A stretch of DNA of 64,000 nucleotides from Candidatus Methylomirabilota bacterium. Lineage in GTDB: Bacteria > Methylomirabilota > Methylomirabilia > Rokubacteriales > CSP1-6. The position numbers were made by a program, and so were the translations under genes. Below the pieces are notes generated by a model. The model had not been told where the DNA came from. It worked only from the letters and a program-made list of their open reading frames with translations, and ran no database searches. The DNA is taken from contig DASYTM010000010.1 of the NCBI GenBank assembly GCA_036002345.1, forward strand, positions 18,978 to 82,977, in the 5' to 3' direction. Shown here in pieces: positions 19,853 to 29,855 of the stretch; within the stretch, counting starts at the first letter, position 1, and each line of letters begins with the position of its first letter.

Positions 19853-22800
19853 GCCGCGGCCGCCGACTCCTCGTCCTCGGGGCGGCCGTCGCCGGCGTCG
19901 CGGGGGTGTGGATCGGGGGCGGCGTGCTGCTCCTGCGCGAGGTGGACGCGCGCGGCGCCGCCATGGCCGACCTCGCCGCCGAGCGCGCCGGCGCGGCCGT
20001 CGCCGAGGAGCGCCGCGCCCTCCTCCGCGAGGCGGCGCTGCTCGCGCAGGAGCCGGCCGTCGTCGAGGGCGCCGCCCGGCGCGACTGGGCGACGCTGGCC
20101 CGCGGGGCCGCGCGGCTGCGCTCGCTCACCATGGAAGGGCACGCCGACCTCGTCGTCGTCCTCGACGCCGCCGGCGCGCCGCTGCTCCAGGTCCCGGCCT
20201 CGCCACGCGTCGAGCTGCCCGCGCTGCCGCCGCCGGCGCGGCCCACGGTGAGCACCGTCACCCTCGGCGGGCGCGCGTACCTGCTCGGCGTGGCGCCGAT
20301 CGGCGGCGAGCCCGGAGGCGGCCTCGTCGTGGTGGGCCGGCGCGCCGAGCGGCCCGCCGCGGCCGGCGGCGACCGGCTGCGCCACTCGAACGAGGTGTCG
20401 CGCCAGGGCCTCGTGCGCGCGCTGGTGGCCAGCGGCGCGCTCGCGGCACTCGCGGCCGCCGCCATCGCGCTCTTCGCCACGCGACGGCGCGGCCCGGCGA
20501 CGCCGCGGGCCGCCGCCACGCCGGCGGCCACCGGCGGGCGCGAGCTCAAGGCCCTCTACGAGGCCGCCGTCCTCGTCGGCAGCGGCACCGAGCTCGAGGC
20601 GACGGTCACCCAGACCCTCGCCGTGATCTGCGCGGTGGCGCGGATCGACCTGGGCATGGTGTACCGCGTCGATCGCGCGAGCGGACGGCTGGCGCTCGTC
20701 GCGCACTACGCGATCCCTCCGCGCTACATGGACTTCCTCCAGACGCGGTCGATCGAGGGCACGCGCATCGGGCAGACCGCGCGCACCGGCGAGCACACGC
20801 TCGTGGACCTCGATCCCGCGCGGCTCCGCGATCCCGTCCTGAAGGAGGCCGTGGCCCGCGAGGGCTACCGCACGCAGCTCTCGCTGCCGATCCCGGTGCA
20901 GGGGACGACGTGGGGCGTGATGACGCTCGTCTCCAAGGAGCGCCGCCGCTTCGACGCCGACGAGCTCACGCTGCTCCACGCCGTCGGCCACCAGCTCGGG
21001 CTCGCCGTGGCCAACGCCGCGCTCTTCGCGGAGACGGGCGCCAAGTCCCGGCGGCTCGAGACGCTGACCCGCGTCGCCCAGGGCCTGGCCGCCACGCTGC
21101 CCGACGAGGAGCTGTTCGCCCGCGTGATCGGTGCCGCGCGCGAGACGTTCGACGCGGCCGCCGCGCGCCTCTGGCTCCTCGAGGAGGACGGCGAGACGCT
21201 CGTCATGCGCGCCGGCGCTGGCGTGGAGCTCGCGAGCGAGCTGCGCCGGGTGCGCGTCGGCGAGGGCCTCACCGGCCGGGTCGTGGCCCAGCGCGCGCCG
21301 CTGACCGTCGCCGACCTCGCCACGGACCCGCGCCCGCTCGCCAGCGACCGCCTGCTCGCGCAGGGCATGGCCGCCTACGCCGGCGTGCCGCTGGTGGTGG
21401 GCGACCGGGTCCTCGGCGGCCTGGCCATCGGCCTGGCCCGGCCGCACGAGTTCAGCGCCGAGGAGCTGGAGGTCCTCACCTCACTTGCCAACCTCGCCGC
21501 GGTGGCCATCGAGAACGCGCGCCTGCTGTCCGGCGAGCGCACGCGCCGCCAGTACCTCGGCGCCCTCCTCGACATCAACACCAAGATCGGCGCCATGGCG
21601 CCGACGGAGACCCTGCTCACCTCCATCGCCGAGGAGGCCGCGCGGCTGCTCGGCGTGGACAACGCCGGCTTCCGCCTCCTCGAGGGCGACGACCTCGTGC
21701 TGGCGGGGCTGGCAGGCACCGCGCGCGAGACGATGCTCCGCCCGCGCATCAAGATCGGTGAGAGCGTGAGCGGCAAGGTGCTGGCGGCGGGGCGGACGCT
21801 GCGGCTGGACATCGAGGAGGTGCCGGACATCGTGCCCGAGCACCTCGTCGCCGACCGGCGTCACGGTTACACGAAATTCCTCGGGGTGCCGCTGCGCATC
21901 GGCGAGCGGGTCATCGGCGTGCTCACGTTCCGCGCGCGCTGGCCCTTCAGCGCGCGCGACGAGGAGCTGGCGGAGGCGTTCGCCGGCCAGGCCGCCATCG
22001 CCATCGAGCACGCGCGCCTCGTGCGCGAGGCGTCGGAGCAGGCCGGGCGCCTGCGCGCGCTCACGGACCTCTCGCGCCTCTTCACGGGCACGCTCGAGCC
22101 CGACGTCGTCAACGAGCGGATCGTGGACAGCGTGGGGCGGCTCTTCGCGTCGGTGTCGGCGACGCTCTTCCGCATGGACCAGGCCACCGGGGAGCTCGTG
22201 CCCATGGCGACCTCGGCGGCCGGGACGCGCCTGGCGGCGCCCGTGCCCGTTCTGCCGCGCGGGGTCGGCATTTCCGGGCTGGCCGCGCTGTCGCGCCGGG
22301 TGGTGGTGTCGTCGGACGTGTCCGCGGACCCCAACATCGAGCGGAGCGACGCCCTGCGCGACTGGGCCGCCGCCGTCGGCGACTACTCCGCGATCGCGGT
22401 GCCGCTGGTGGTGGGCGACGTGCTGGTCGGCGTGCTCACCGTGCGCGGCGAGCGCGGCCGCGTCTTCGACCCGGCGGACTCGCAGCTGGCGCAGACGTTC
22501 GGCGACCAGGCGGCCCTCGCCCTCGCCAACGCGCGGCTGTACACGGAAGCGACGCAGCGGCGCGCGGAGGCCGAGGAGCTGGCGCGCCTGGCGCGCACGC
22601 TCACCGAGTCCCTCGACGTCTCGGAGGTCGTGGAGCGCACGGCGGAGAGCGTGCTGCCGATGTTCCGCGCGCAGTCCTCGGTGGTGCGGCTCCTCCAGCC
22701 CGACGGCTCGCTGGTGGCCCTCGCCCTGGGCGGGCGCGCGCGCGACCAGTTCGAGATGGGCCACGTGCTGCCGCCCGGCGTGGGCGTGCTGGGGCGCGCC

Positions 22801-25800
22801 GTGGTGAACGGCCGCGTCGCGTCGTCGTCCGACCTGTTCACCGACCGGAGCACGCGCGTCTCCGACGATCTGCGCGAGCGCGTGCACGCCAGCGGCGACG
22901 GCGCGGTGCTGGCGGTGCCCATGCGCGCCAAGGGCGTGATCATCGGCGCGCTGGGGATCGCCGACCGGCCCGGCCGGATCTTCACGGACGGCGAGGCGGC
23001 CCTGCTGCAGGCCTTCGCCGACCAGGCCACGCTGGCGCTGGAGAACGCCCGGCTGTTCTCGCTCGAGCGCGCGCGCCGCCAGCAGATCGCCGCCCTGGCC
23101 GACATCGAGCGCGAGCTGGCCGCCGTCCTCGACGCCGAGCGCCTGCCCGACCTGATCGTCGAGCGCGCCACCGGGCTCTTCAAGGCCAACGGCGCGCTGT
23201 GGATCATGGACGAGGCGGGAGGCCTGATGCCCCGGGCGTGGCGGGGGCAGGACCTCACGGGCGAGCGCCTGGGGCGGGGCGAGGGCTTCGCGGGCCTGGC
23301 CGTGAGCGAGCGGCGCGGCTTCATCACCAACGACTACGCGCGCTCGCCGCACGCGGTGGGGCGCTACGTCGACGCCGGCGTGCGCAGCATCATCGTGCAG
23401 CCCGTGATCCTGCGCGACCGGCCGCTCGGCGTGCTCACCATGAGCCGCGTGAGCACGGAGGCGCCGCCCTTCGGGGTCGAGGACCTCGCCCTGCTGCAGA
23501 GCTTCGCCGCCCACGCCGCCACCGCCCTCGACAACGCGCGCCTGTACGAGGAGGCGCGCCGCTACGCCGACCGGCTGCGCGCGCTGGAGGAGGTCAACCG
23601 CCTCGTCTCGTCCTCGCTCAATCCCGACGAGGTCCTCGCCAACCTTGCCCGCGCGATCTCGCAGTTCTTCGACGCGCCGTACGTGAGCGTGTGGAGCCTC
23701 GACGAGAGCACGGGCCGGCTGCGGCGGGCCCTCACCCACGGCGACTCCAGCCTGGCCTCCGACCTCCACCAGGAGCTCGCCCCCGGCGAGGGCGCGGTGG
23801 GCTGGGTCGTCCAGCACCGCGAGCCCATCCTGTGGACGGACGTGACCACGGACCCGCGCATCATCGACGGCGCGGAGCTGACGCGCGCCGGGTTCAAGTC
23901 GTTCACCGCCTATCCCGTCGCCATCGGCGAGCGCATGCTCGGCGCCTTCGCCGTGCACCGCGCCTCGCCGTGGCTGCTCACGCCGGAGACGGCGTCGCTC
24001 ATGGGCTCGCTGGCCGCGCAGGCGGCGGTGGCGCTGGAGAACGCGCGCCTCTACTCGGAGACGACTCGGCGCCTGACGGAGACCCGCGCCCTCCTCGAGG
24101 TGGCCGAGGTGCTGAACTCCACCCTCGACGCGCGCCAGCTCCTCAAGCGCGTCGCCATCAAGCTCGCGCAGATCCTCCAGGTGGACCGCTGCACGATCGA
24201 GCGCTGGGACGGCGACCGCGTCATCCCGCTCATGTCGCAGTTCGCCGACGGCCGGCGTCGCGAGCGGATGTGGGAGGCCTTCCTCACCGTCACCAACCGT
24301 CCCCTGCGTGACGTGCCGACCAACGCGCGCGCCATCGAGACGCGCCGGCCCGTGATCGTGGACGACGCCACCGATCCCGCCCTCACGCCGGCCGACTGGG
24401 TGGCGGCCTTCGGGCTCAAGTCGTACATGGTGGTGCCGATGCTCCGGCAGGAGGAGGTCATCGGCGTGGTCACGCTCGACTACTGCGAGCGGGTGGGGCG
24501 CTTCGCGCCGTGGCAGGCCGATCTCGCCACGGCCGTGGTCGGCCAGGTCGCCCTCGCGCTGGAGAACACGCGCCTGTACGGGGAGGCGCAGGAGCGGCTG
24601 CGCGAGACCACCACGCTGCTCGCGGTCGGCCGCGTGCTCACCGAGCGCGCCAGCGGCCCGGAGGCCATGCGCCGGGTGGCGGCGGAGGTCGCGCGCGCGT
24701 TCGGCGCCGACATGGCCGGCGCGTGCCTGCTCGACGAGCGCAAGGAGCGGCTCGTGGCCGTGGGCGGCTACCACGTCCCCAAGGATCTGCTGCAGGCCTT
24801 CGCGGAGCGCCCCATCGTGCTCGACCGCTTCCCGTGGCTGCAGGACGCCTGGCGCGCCGGCCGCGCCGCCACCAGCCCGGATCCGCACGCCGATCCGCGC
24901 TTCGACCAGGCGTGGCAGGCCGCGATGCCGCCGCACTCGCTCCTCTTCGTGCCCACGCTCGCCCACGGCGAGCCCGTCGGCGGCCTCTTCCTCGTGTGGT
25001 GGCACACCGGCCGCCTGTTCGATCCCGCCGAGATCCGCCTCGTGGAGGGCGTGGCCGCGCAGGTCGGCCTCGCCATGGAGAACGCCGAGCTGGCGCGCCA
25101 GACCCAGGTGAAGCTCGCCGAGACGCAGACGCTGCTCTCCGTGAGCCGCGCGCTCTCCACGACCCTCGACCTCCAGCAGCTCGTGCGGCACTTTCTGCGC
25201 GCCGTCGCCACCACCCTCGGCGCCGACTCCGTGGGCTCGTGGCTCGTGCAGGAGGACGGGGAGTGGATGGAGCCGCTCGTCGGCTACCACCTGCCGCGGG
25301 AGCGGCTCGCCGACGCCCGCGAGCTCCGGATCTCGCTGCTCAAGCACCCGTTCTACGCGGAGGCCGCGCGCACCAGGCGTCCGGTGTTCACGAGCGACGC
25401 CATGAACGACTCGCGCCTGCCCCCGGCCGTGCGCGAGCGCGGCTCGCACCGGACGCAGCTCTTCGTGCCCGTCGTGGTCAAGGACCGGATGATCGCCGCC
25501 TTCGCCGCCATCTGGTGGGAGACGGCGCGCGAGTTCTCCGAGGACGAGCTGGCCCTCATGGAGGCCATCGCCAACCAGGCGGGCGTCGCGCTCGAGAACG
25601 GCCGCCTCTTCGAGGAGAATCGCCAGCGCCTCGAGGAGCTGTCCGTGCTGCACGACCTCTCGCGCGCCGTCACCGGCCAGCTCGAGCGCGGGGCGATCGT
25701 GGAGGCGGTGCGGCGCCACATCGCGCGCGTGCTGGACGCGCGCAACCTCGTCATCATCGTGCGCGACGAGGAGCGGGACGAGCTGGAGGTGACGCTGCGG

Positions 25801-27285
25801 GTCACCGACGGCGCCGACGACCCGAGCGAGCCGCGGCGCTACCCGCTGGAAGACATCGGCCTCATGTCCGTCGTCCTCGCCACCGGCCGGCCCCTGCGGA
25901 CCGACGACTACGCGGCGGAGTGCGAGCGGCGGGGCGTGCAGCCCGTGGCGGGCTCCGCCGATCGCAAGACCTGGCTCGGCGTGCCGATGACGGCGGGCGA
26001 GCAGGTCCTCGGCGTCATCGTCCTGCGCGGGGCCGCGCGCCCCTACGGCGCCGCCGACGAGCAGCTCCTCCTCAACATCGCCCACCTGGCCGCCCTCGCC
26101 CTGCGCAGCGTGCGCCTGTACGAGGAGCGCACGCGCGCCTACGGCGAGCTGGCGGCCGCCCAGGACCAGCTCGTGCGCACCGAGAAGCTGCGCGCGCTGG
26201 GCGAGATGGCCTCCGGCGTGGCGCACGACTTCAACAACCTGCTCGCCTCCGTGCTGGGCCGCGCCCAGCTCCTGATGCGCCGCGTGCAGGACCCGCAGCA
26301 GCGGGAGTGGCTGCGTGTCATCGAGCGCTCCGCCCTGGACGGCGCGGCCACGGTGCGGCGGCTGCAGGAGTTCACGCGCATCCGTCGCGACCAGCCCATG
26401 GTGCCGCTGGACGTGGCGCAGATCGTGCGCGACGCGCTCGACATCACCCAGTCGCGCTGGCGCGAGGAGCCAGTGAGCCGCGGCATCGTCGTCGACGTCC
26501 AGGCCGATCTCGCCGCCGTGCCGCCCATCCTCGGCGACGCCGCCGAGCTCCGCGAGGCGCTCACCAACCTGATCCTCAACGCCGTGGACGCGATGCCCGC
26601 GGGCGGGACGCTGCGCCTGGTCACCGCCGCCAACGACGACCACGTGGAGGTCGCCGTGTCCGACACGGGCGTCGGCATCCCGCCCGCCGTGCGCGAGAAG
26701 ATCTTCGACCCCTTCTTCACCACCAAGGGCCCGCAGGGCACCGGGCTCGGGCTGTCGATGACCTACGGCATCGTGTCGCGGCACGGCGGCTTCGTGAGCG
26801 TGGAGAGCGAAGAGGGGCGCGGCTCCACGTTCCGGCTGTCCTTCCCGTCGGCGGCTGCCGTGGAGCCGGCGACCCCGGCCGCCAAGCCCGCCGCCTCGGC
26901 GCCCACGCGCACGCTGCGCTGTCTCGTGGTCGACGACGAGGCCGACGTGCGCAGCGTGCTCGGGGACGTCATCGAGTCCGCCGGCCACCAGGCCACGCTG
27001 ATCGCGGGCGGCGCGGACGCGATCGAGCGATTCCGCGCCGAGCCCTTCGACGTCGTGCTGACCGACCTCGCCATGCCCCGCGTCTCCGGCTGGCAGGTGG
27101 CGCGCGCCGTCAAGCAGATCGCGCCGCGCGTGCCCGTGTTCCTCGTGACGGGCTTCGGCGTGGAGCTGTCGCCCGAGGAGCGCCGCACCCACGGCGTGGA
27201 CCTCGTGCTCGTCAAGCCGCTGCAGATCCAGGAGATCCTCGACGCCCTGGCCGAGGTGGCGCGCAACGCCGCGCCGCCCGCCTGA
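19849..27285 (+). CDS. Giant multi-GAF hybrid sensor histidine kinase (2 TM + periplasmic sensor, then about 11 tandem GAF domains, HisKA, HATPase_c, C-terminal REC). The start codon is uncertain (CTG at 19849, GTG at 19906, or ATG at 19963).
   Basis: The N-terminus has two hydrophobic helices flanking a ~180-aa region. There are 10-11 recurrences of the GAF terminal-helix motif A(L/I)(E/A)NARL(Y/F/L). HisKA H-box EKLRALGEMASGVAHDFNNLLASV. HATPase GTGLGLSM. REC LRCLVVDDEADVRSVL...VVLTDLAMPRVSG. Confidence 0.85.
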   Translation: MSRGRRLLVLGAAVAGVAGVWIGGGVLLLREVDARGAAMADLAAERAGAAVAEERRALLREAALLAQEPAVVEGAARRDWATLARGAARLRSLTMEGHADLVVVLDAAGAPLLQVPASPRVELPALPPPARPTVSTVTLGGRAYLLGVAPIGGEPGGGLVVVGRRAERPAAAGGDRLRHSNEVSRQGLVRALVASGALAALAAAAIALFATRRRGPATPRAAATPAATGGRELKALYEAAVLVGSGTELEATVTQTLAVICAVARIDLGMVYRVDRASGRLALVAHYAIPPRYMDFLQTRSIEGTRIGQTARTGEHTLVDLDPARLRDPVLKEAVAREGYRTQLSLPIPVQGTTWGVMTLVSKERRRFDADELTLLHAVGHQLGLAVANAALFAETGAKSRRLETLTRVAQGLAATLPDEELFARVIGAARETFDAAAARLWLLEEDGETLVMRAGAGVELASELRRVRVGEGLTGRVVAQRAPLTVADLATDPRPLASDRLLAQGMAAYAGVPLVVGDRVLGGLAIGLARPHEFSAEELEVLTSLANLAAVAIENARLLSGERTRRQYLGALLDINTKIGAMAPTETLLTSIAEEAARLLGVDNAGFRLLEGDDLVLAGLAGTARETMLRPRIKIGESVSGKVLAAGRTLRLDIEEVPDIVPEHLVADRRHGYTKFLGVPLRIGERVIGVLTFRARWPFSARDEELAEAFAGQAAIAIEHARLVREASEQAGRLRALTDLSRLFTGTLEPDVVNERIVDSVGRLFASVSATLFRMDQATGELVPMATSAAGTRLAAPVPVLPRGVGISGLAALSRRVVVSSDVSADPNIERSDALRDWAAAVGDYSAIAVPLVVGDVLVGVLTVRGERGRVFDPADSQLAQTFGDQAALALANARLYTEATQRRAEAEELARLARTLTESLDVSEVVERTAESVLPMFRAQSSVVRLLQPDGSLVALALGGRARDQFEMGHVLPPGVGVLGRAVVNGRVASSSDLFTDRSTRVSDDLRERVHASGDGAVLAVPMRAKGVIIGALGIADRPGRIFTDGEAALLQAFADQATLALENARLFSLERARRQQIAALADIERELAAVLDAERLPDLIVERATGLFKANGALWIMDEAGGLMPRAWRGQDLTGERLGRGEGFAGLAVSERRGFITNDYARSPHAVGRYVDAGVRSIIVQPVILRDRPLGVLTMSRVSTEAPPFGVEDLALLQSFAAHAATALDNARLYEEARRYADRLRALEEVNRLVSSSLNPDEVLANLARAISQFFDAPYVSVWSLDESTGRLRRALTHGDSSLASDLHQELAPGEGAVGWVVQHREPILWTDVTTDPRIIDGAELTRAGFKSFTAYPVAIGERMLGAFAVHRASPWLLTPETASLMGSLAAQAAVALENARLYSETTRRLTETRALLEVAEVLNSTLDARQLLKRVAIKLAQILQVDRCTIERWDGDRVIPLMSQFADGRRRERMWEAFLTVTNRPLRDVPTNARAIETRRPVIVDDATDPALTPADWVAAFGLKSYMVVPMLRQEEVIGVVTLDYCERVGRFAPWQADLATAVVGQVALALENTRLYGEAQERLRETTTLLAVGRVLTERASGPEAMRRVAAEVARAFGADMAGACLLDERKERLVAVGGYHVPKDLLQAFAERPIVLDRFPWLQDAWRAGRAATSPDPHADPRFDQAWQAAMPPHSLLFVPTLAHGEPVGGLFLVWWHTGRLFDPAEIRLVEGVAAQVGLAMENAELARQTQVKLAETQTLLSVSRALSTTLDLQQLVRHFLRAVATTLGADSVGSWLVQEDGEWMEPLVGYHLPRERLADARELRISLLKHPFYAEAARTRRPVFTSDAMNDSRLPPAVRERGSHRTQLFVPVVVKDRMIAAFAAIWWETAREFSEDELALMEAIANQAGVALENGRLFEENRQRLEELSVLHDLSRAVTGQLERGAIVEAVRRHIARVLDARNLVIIVRDEERDELEVTLRVTDGADDPSEPRRYPLEDIGLMSVVLATGRPLRTDDYAAECERRGVQPVAGSADRKTWLGVPMTAGEQVLGVIVLRGAARPYGAADEQLLLNIAHLAALALRSVRLYEERTRAYGELAAAQDQLVRTEKLRALGEMASGVAHDFNNLLASVLGRAQLLMRRVQDPQQREWLRVIERSALDGAATVRRLQEFTRIRRDQPMVPLDVAQIVRDALDITQSRWREEPVSRGIVVDVQADLAAVPPILGDAAELREALTNLILNAVDAMPAGGTLRLVTAANDDHVEVAVSDTGVGIPPAVREKIFDPFFTTKGPQGTGLGLSMTYGIVSRHGGFVSVESEEGRGSTFRLSFPSAAAVEPATPAAKPAASAPTRTLRCLVVDDEADVRSVLGDVIESAGHQATLIAGGADAIERFRAEPFDVVLTDLAMPRVSGWQVARAVKQIAPRVPVFLVTGFGVELSPEERRTHGVDLVLVKPLQIQEILDALAEVARNAAPPA

Positions 27286-27300
27286 CCGGAGGAACAACCG

Positions 27301-28092
27301 ATGGCCTTCCAGCACATCATCGTCGAGCGCGCCGCGCAGGTGGCGACCGTGACTCTGAACCGTCCCGACGCCTACAACGCGCTGAACCTCGGGCTCGGGC
27401 GCGAGCTCTTCGACGCGTCCATCCAGCTCGACGAGGATCCCGGCGTGCGCTGCGTCGTCGTCACGGGCGCCGGCAAGTCGTTCTGCGCGGGCGGCGACGT
27501 GCGCGACTTCGCCGACAACCTGCCGCGGGTGAGCGCGCTCATCAAGGAGCTGACGACGTACCTGCACGGCGCGATCTCGCGCTTCTGCCGGAGCGACAAG
27601 CCCGTCATCATGGCCGTCAACGGCATCGCGGCGGGCGGCGGGATGAGCCTGGCCCTGTCCGGCGATCTCGTGGTGGCCACGGAGTCCGCGAAGTTCACCA
27701 TGGCCTATTCCAAGATCGCCGCCACGCCCGACGGCTCGTCGTCGTATTTCCTGCCACGCCTGGTCGGCCTGCGGCGCGCGATGGAGCTCTACTTCACCAA
27801 CCGCGTGCTCACGGCGCGCGAGGCGCTGGAGTGGGGGCTCGTGACGCGCGTGGTGCCGGACGCCGAGTTCAAGCCCGCCGTCGAGACGCTGGCGCGCGAG
27901 CTGGCCCGGGGCCCGTCCAAGGCCTTCGGCGGCGCCAAGCGCCTCTTCCACCAGTCCACCTGGGAGAGCCTCGAGACGCAGATGGAGCTGGAGACGCAGG
28001 CCATCGCCAACTCCGGCCGCACCGAGGACTTCAAAGCCGGCGTCACTGCCTTCGCCAACAAGAAGCAGCCGCCGCCGTTCCAGGGGCGATAA
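27301..28092 (+). CDS. Enoyl-CoA hydratase/isomerase (crotonase) family protein
   Basis: VATVTLNRPDAYNAL...VVVTGAGKSFCAGGDV...VNGIAAGGGMSLAL. Confidence 0.85.
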   Translation: MAFQHIIVERAAQVATVTLNRPDAYNALNLGLGRELFDASIQLDEDPGVRCVVVTGAGKSFCAGGDVRDFADNLPRVSALIKELTTYLHGAISRFCRSDKPVIMAVNGIAAGGGMSLALSGDLVVATESAKFTMAYSKIAATPDGSSSYFLPRLVGLRRAMELYFTNRVLTAREALEWGLVTRVVPDAEFKPAVETLARELARGPSKAFGGAKRLFHQSTWESLETQMELETQAIANSGRTEDFKAGVTAFANKKQPPPFQGR

Positions 28093-28847
28093 TGGGGACC
28101 ATGAAAGCACGCCTGTTCACCCGCCCCGGCTGATCCTCCTGCGCCAAGACGAAGGAGCTGCTCTCGTCTTGGGGGGTCGAGTTCGACCCGATCGACGTGC
28201 AGGCGGACCCGGCGGCGCGCGCGGAGATGGAGCGGCTCGGCATTCCCCGTCCGCCCGGCGTCGCCTTCCGTGAGCGCGTCGTCCACGGCTGGAACCCCGA
28301 TGCCTACGCCGAGCTGCTCGGCGTGGACTTCCGCATGGGCGTGCGCTTCACGCCCGCCGAGCTGGCCTCGCGGCTCGAGCGCGTGCTCGAGTCCGCCCAG
28401 CACCTCACGGCGCGCTTCGACGCCCGCCAGATGGAGCACGTGCCGCCCGAGCGCAAGCGCACGCTGCGCGACCTCACGTTCCACGTCTTCCGCGTGGGCC
28501 TGTCCTTCGCCGACGCCGTGGACCGCGCGGCACTGCCCGAGGAATGGTTCGAGGAGCGCGCGCCGGCGGAGCTGGTGACGGGCGGCGACGTCGCGCGCTA
28601 CGGCGCGCTCGTGCGCGCGCGCCTCACGGGCTGGTTCCAGGGCGCCGGCGCCGACGAGTTCAAGCGGACCGTGGAGACCTACTACGGCCCGCAGGCCGCC
28701 GACGAGCTGCTCGAGCGGACGACGTGGCACGCGGGCCAGCACCTGCGCCAGCTCTACGTGCTCGCCGAGCGGCTCGGGGTGACGCCGCCCGCGCCGCTCC
28801 CCAAGGACGCACTCGAGGGATTGCCGCTGCCCGACGCGCTCTGGTAG
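28092..28847 (+). CDS. Glutaredoxin-like domain fused to DinB/YfiT-like domain; candidate selenoprotein with in-frame TGA (Sec) at 28131-28133 giving G-U-S-S-C in place of the Grx CPYC motif
   Basis: The single frame MGTMKARLFTRPG-[TGA]-SSCAKTKELLSSWGVEFDPIDVQADPAARAEMERLGIPRPPGVAF closely follows the glutaredoxin N-terminal signature (vY(t/s)kpgCpyCkkAKelLeekGvefeeIDV). The DinB-like C-terminal half lies in the same frame (HLTARFDARQMEH...HAGQHLRQL). TAATG coupling to the upstream gene. Confidence 0.7.
28144..28172 (+). promoter_or_regulatory. Candidate bacterial SECIS hairpin 11 nt downstream of the in-frame UGA of the Grx-DinB gene
   Basis: CCAAGACGA-AGGAGCUGCUC-UCGUCUUGG forms a perfect 9-bp stem. 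Confidence 0.45.
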
Positions 28848-28854
28848 CGAGAGC

Positions 28855-29802
28855 CTAGCTGTCGTCGGTGTCCCACGCGGTGGCCAGCCGGTGGGCGAGG
28901 GTGCGGTGTCGCCGGAAGTAGAACGCGAGCATGGCCAGGGCCGCCAGCACGTTGCCGACGAACACCGTCCAGCCCGCCAGCTCGTCCATCACCCACGACG
29001 CCGCGATGAGGATCAGCCCGAAGAAGAAGATCTCGAAGGCCGTGAAGAGGATCACCAGCGCGAAGACCAGCAGGGGCTGGCGCTCCGCGCCCGCGATCAG
29101 GAACGCGCCGACGATGCCGAAGGCCACGAACGCGAGCCCGTGGACGGCGGTGTAGGAGAGCACCGCCGCCGTCGGCGTCTCCGCCCGGAGCAGCGCGGCG
29201 CCGAGCAGCCGCGGCGTGCGCAGCATCTCGCCGTGGATCGCGTCGATGGCGAAGAACCACAGCGCCACCACGGCAGCCCCGATGACGCCCGCCGCCACGC
29301 CCTCCCCGAGCACTTTGCCCCACGAGCCGACGAGCGAGCGCGGCAGCGCGCGATGCGCGCGGAAGAGGTACCAGAGCATGGCCACGGAGGCGAGCAGGTT
29401 GCCGACGAGCACCGACCACCACGCCAGCGCGCCGGCCTTCGACAGGCCGAACACCTGGACCATCGCGAAGAAGAACGCCTCGAAGCACGCGAAGAGGATG
29501 ATGAAGCCGACGAAGAGCGCCGGCTCCTGCTCGCTCACCGCCATGAGACTCGCCGCGATGATGCCGAAGGCGATGAAGGCGAGGCCGTGCAGCACCGTGT
29601 AGCCGAGGATCGGCCCCAGCGCGGGCTCGAGCCCGATCGCGCTGTCGACGCCGTAGAAGACGAACGCGCCGAGGAGCCCGGGCGTCGTGAACGGATGGCC
29701 GCGCGCGATGTCGTAGACGAAGAACCACACGGCGACGACGACGGCGCCGATCAAGCCGGCGACGATGCCCTCGCGCAAGATCGACCGTTGTGCGCCCGCC
29801 AT
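28855..29802 (-). CDS. Hypothetical integral membrane protein with internal duplication (2 x ~150 aa, each with 4 TM helices)
   Basis: The two halves are clearly homologous (IVAGLIGAVVVAVWFFVYDIARGHPFTTPGLLGA... versus VAAGVIGAAVVALWFFAIDAIHGEMLRTPRLLGA...). No family recognised. Confidence 0.55.
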   Translation of the reverse strand: MAGAQRSILREGIVAGLIGAVVVAVWFFVYDIARGHPFTTPGLLGAFVFYGVDSAIGLEPALGPILGYTVLHGLAFIAFGIIAASLMAVSEQEPALFVGFIILFACFEAFFFAMVQVFGLSKAGALAWWSVLVGNLLASVAMLWYLFRAHRALPRSLVGSWGKVLGEGVAAGVIGAAVVALWFFAIDAIHGEMLRTPRLLGAALLRAETPTAAVLSYTAVHGLAFVAFGIVGAFLIAGAERQPLLVFALVILFTAFEIFFFGLILIAASWVMDELAGWTVFVGNVLAALAMLAFYFRRHRTLAHRLATAWDTDDS

Positions 29803-29855
29803 GGCCGTGCCGTCGCGTATCGTAGCACTTCCGTCGGGCGGGAGCAGCGCGACGG

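Noticed and set aside
21481-28110. 2,209-aa ORF on the minus strand (and a 691-aa ORF at 19372-21447) antisense to the multi-GAF kinase
   Set aside because: The translations are dominated by Arg/Gly/Ala/Pro/His with no motifs, which is typical shadow ORFs in >70% GC DNA. The sense strand encodes a fully motif-supported HK.
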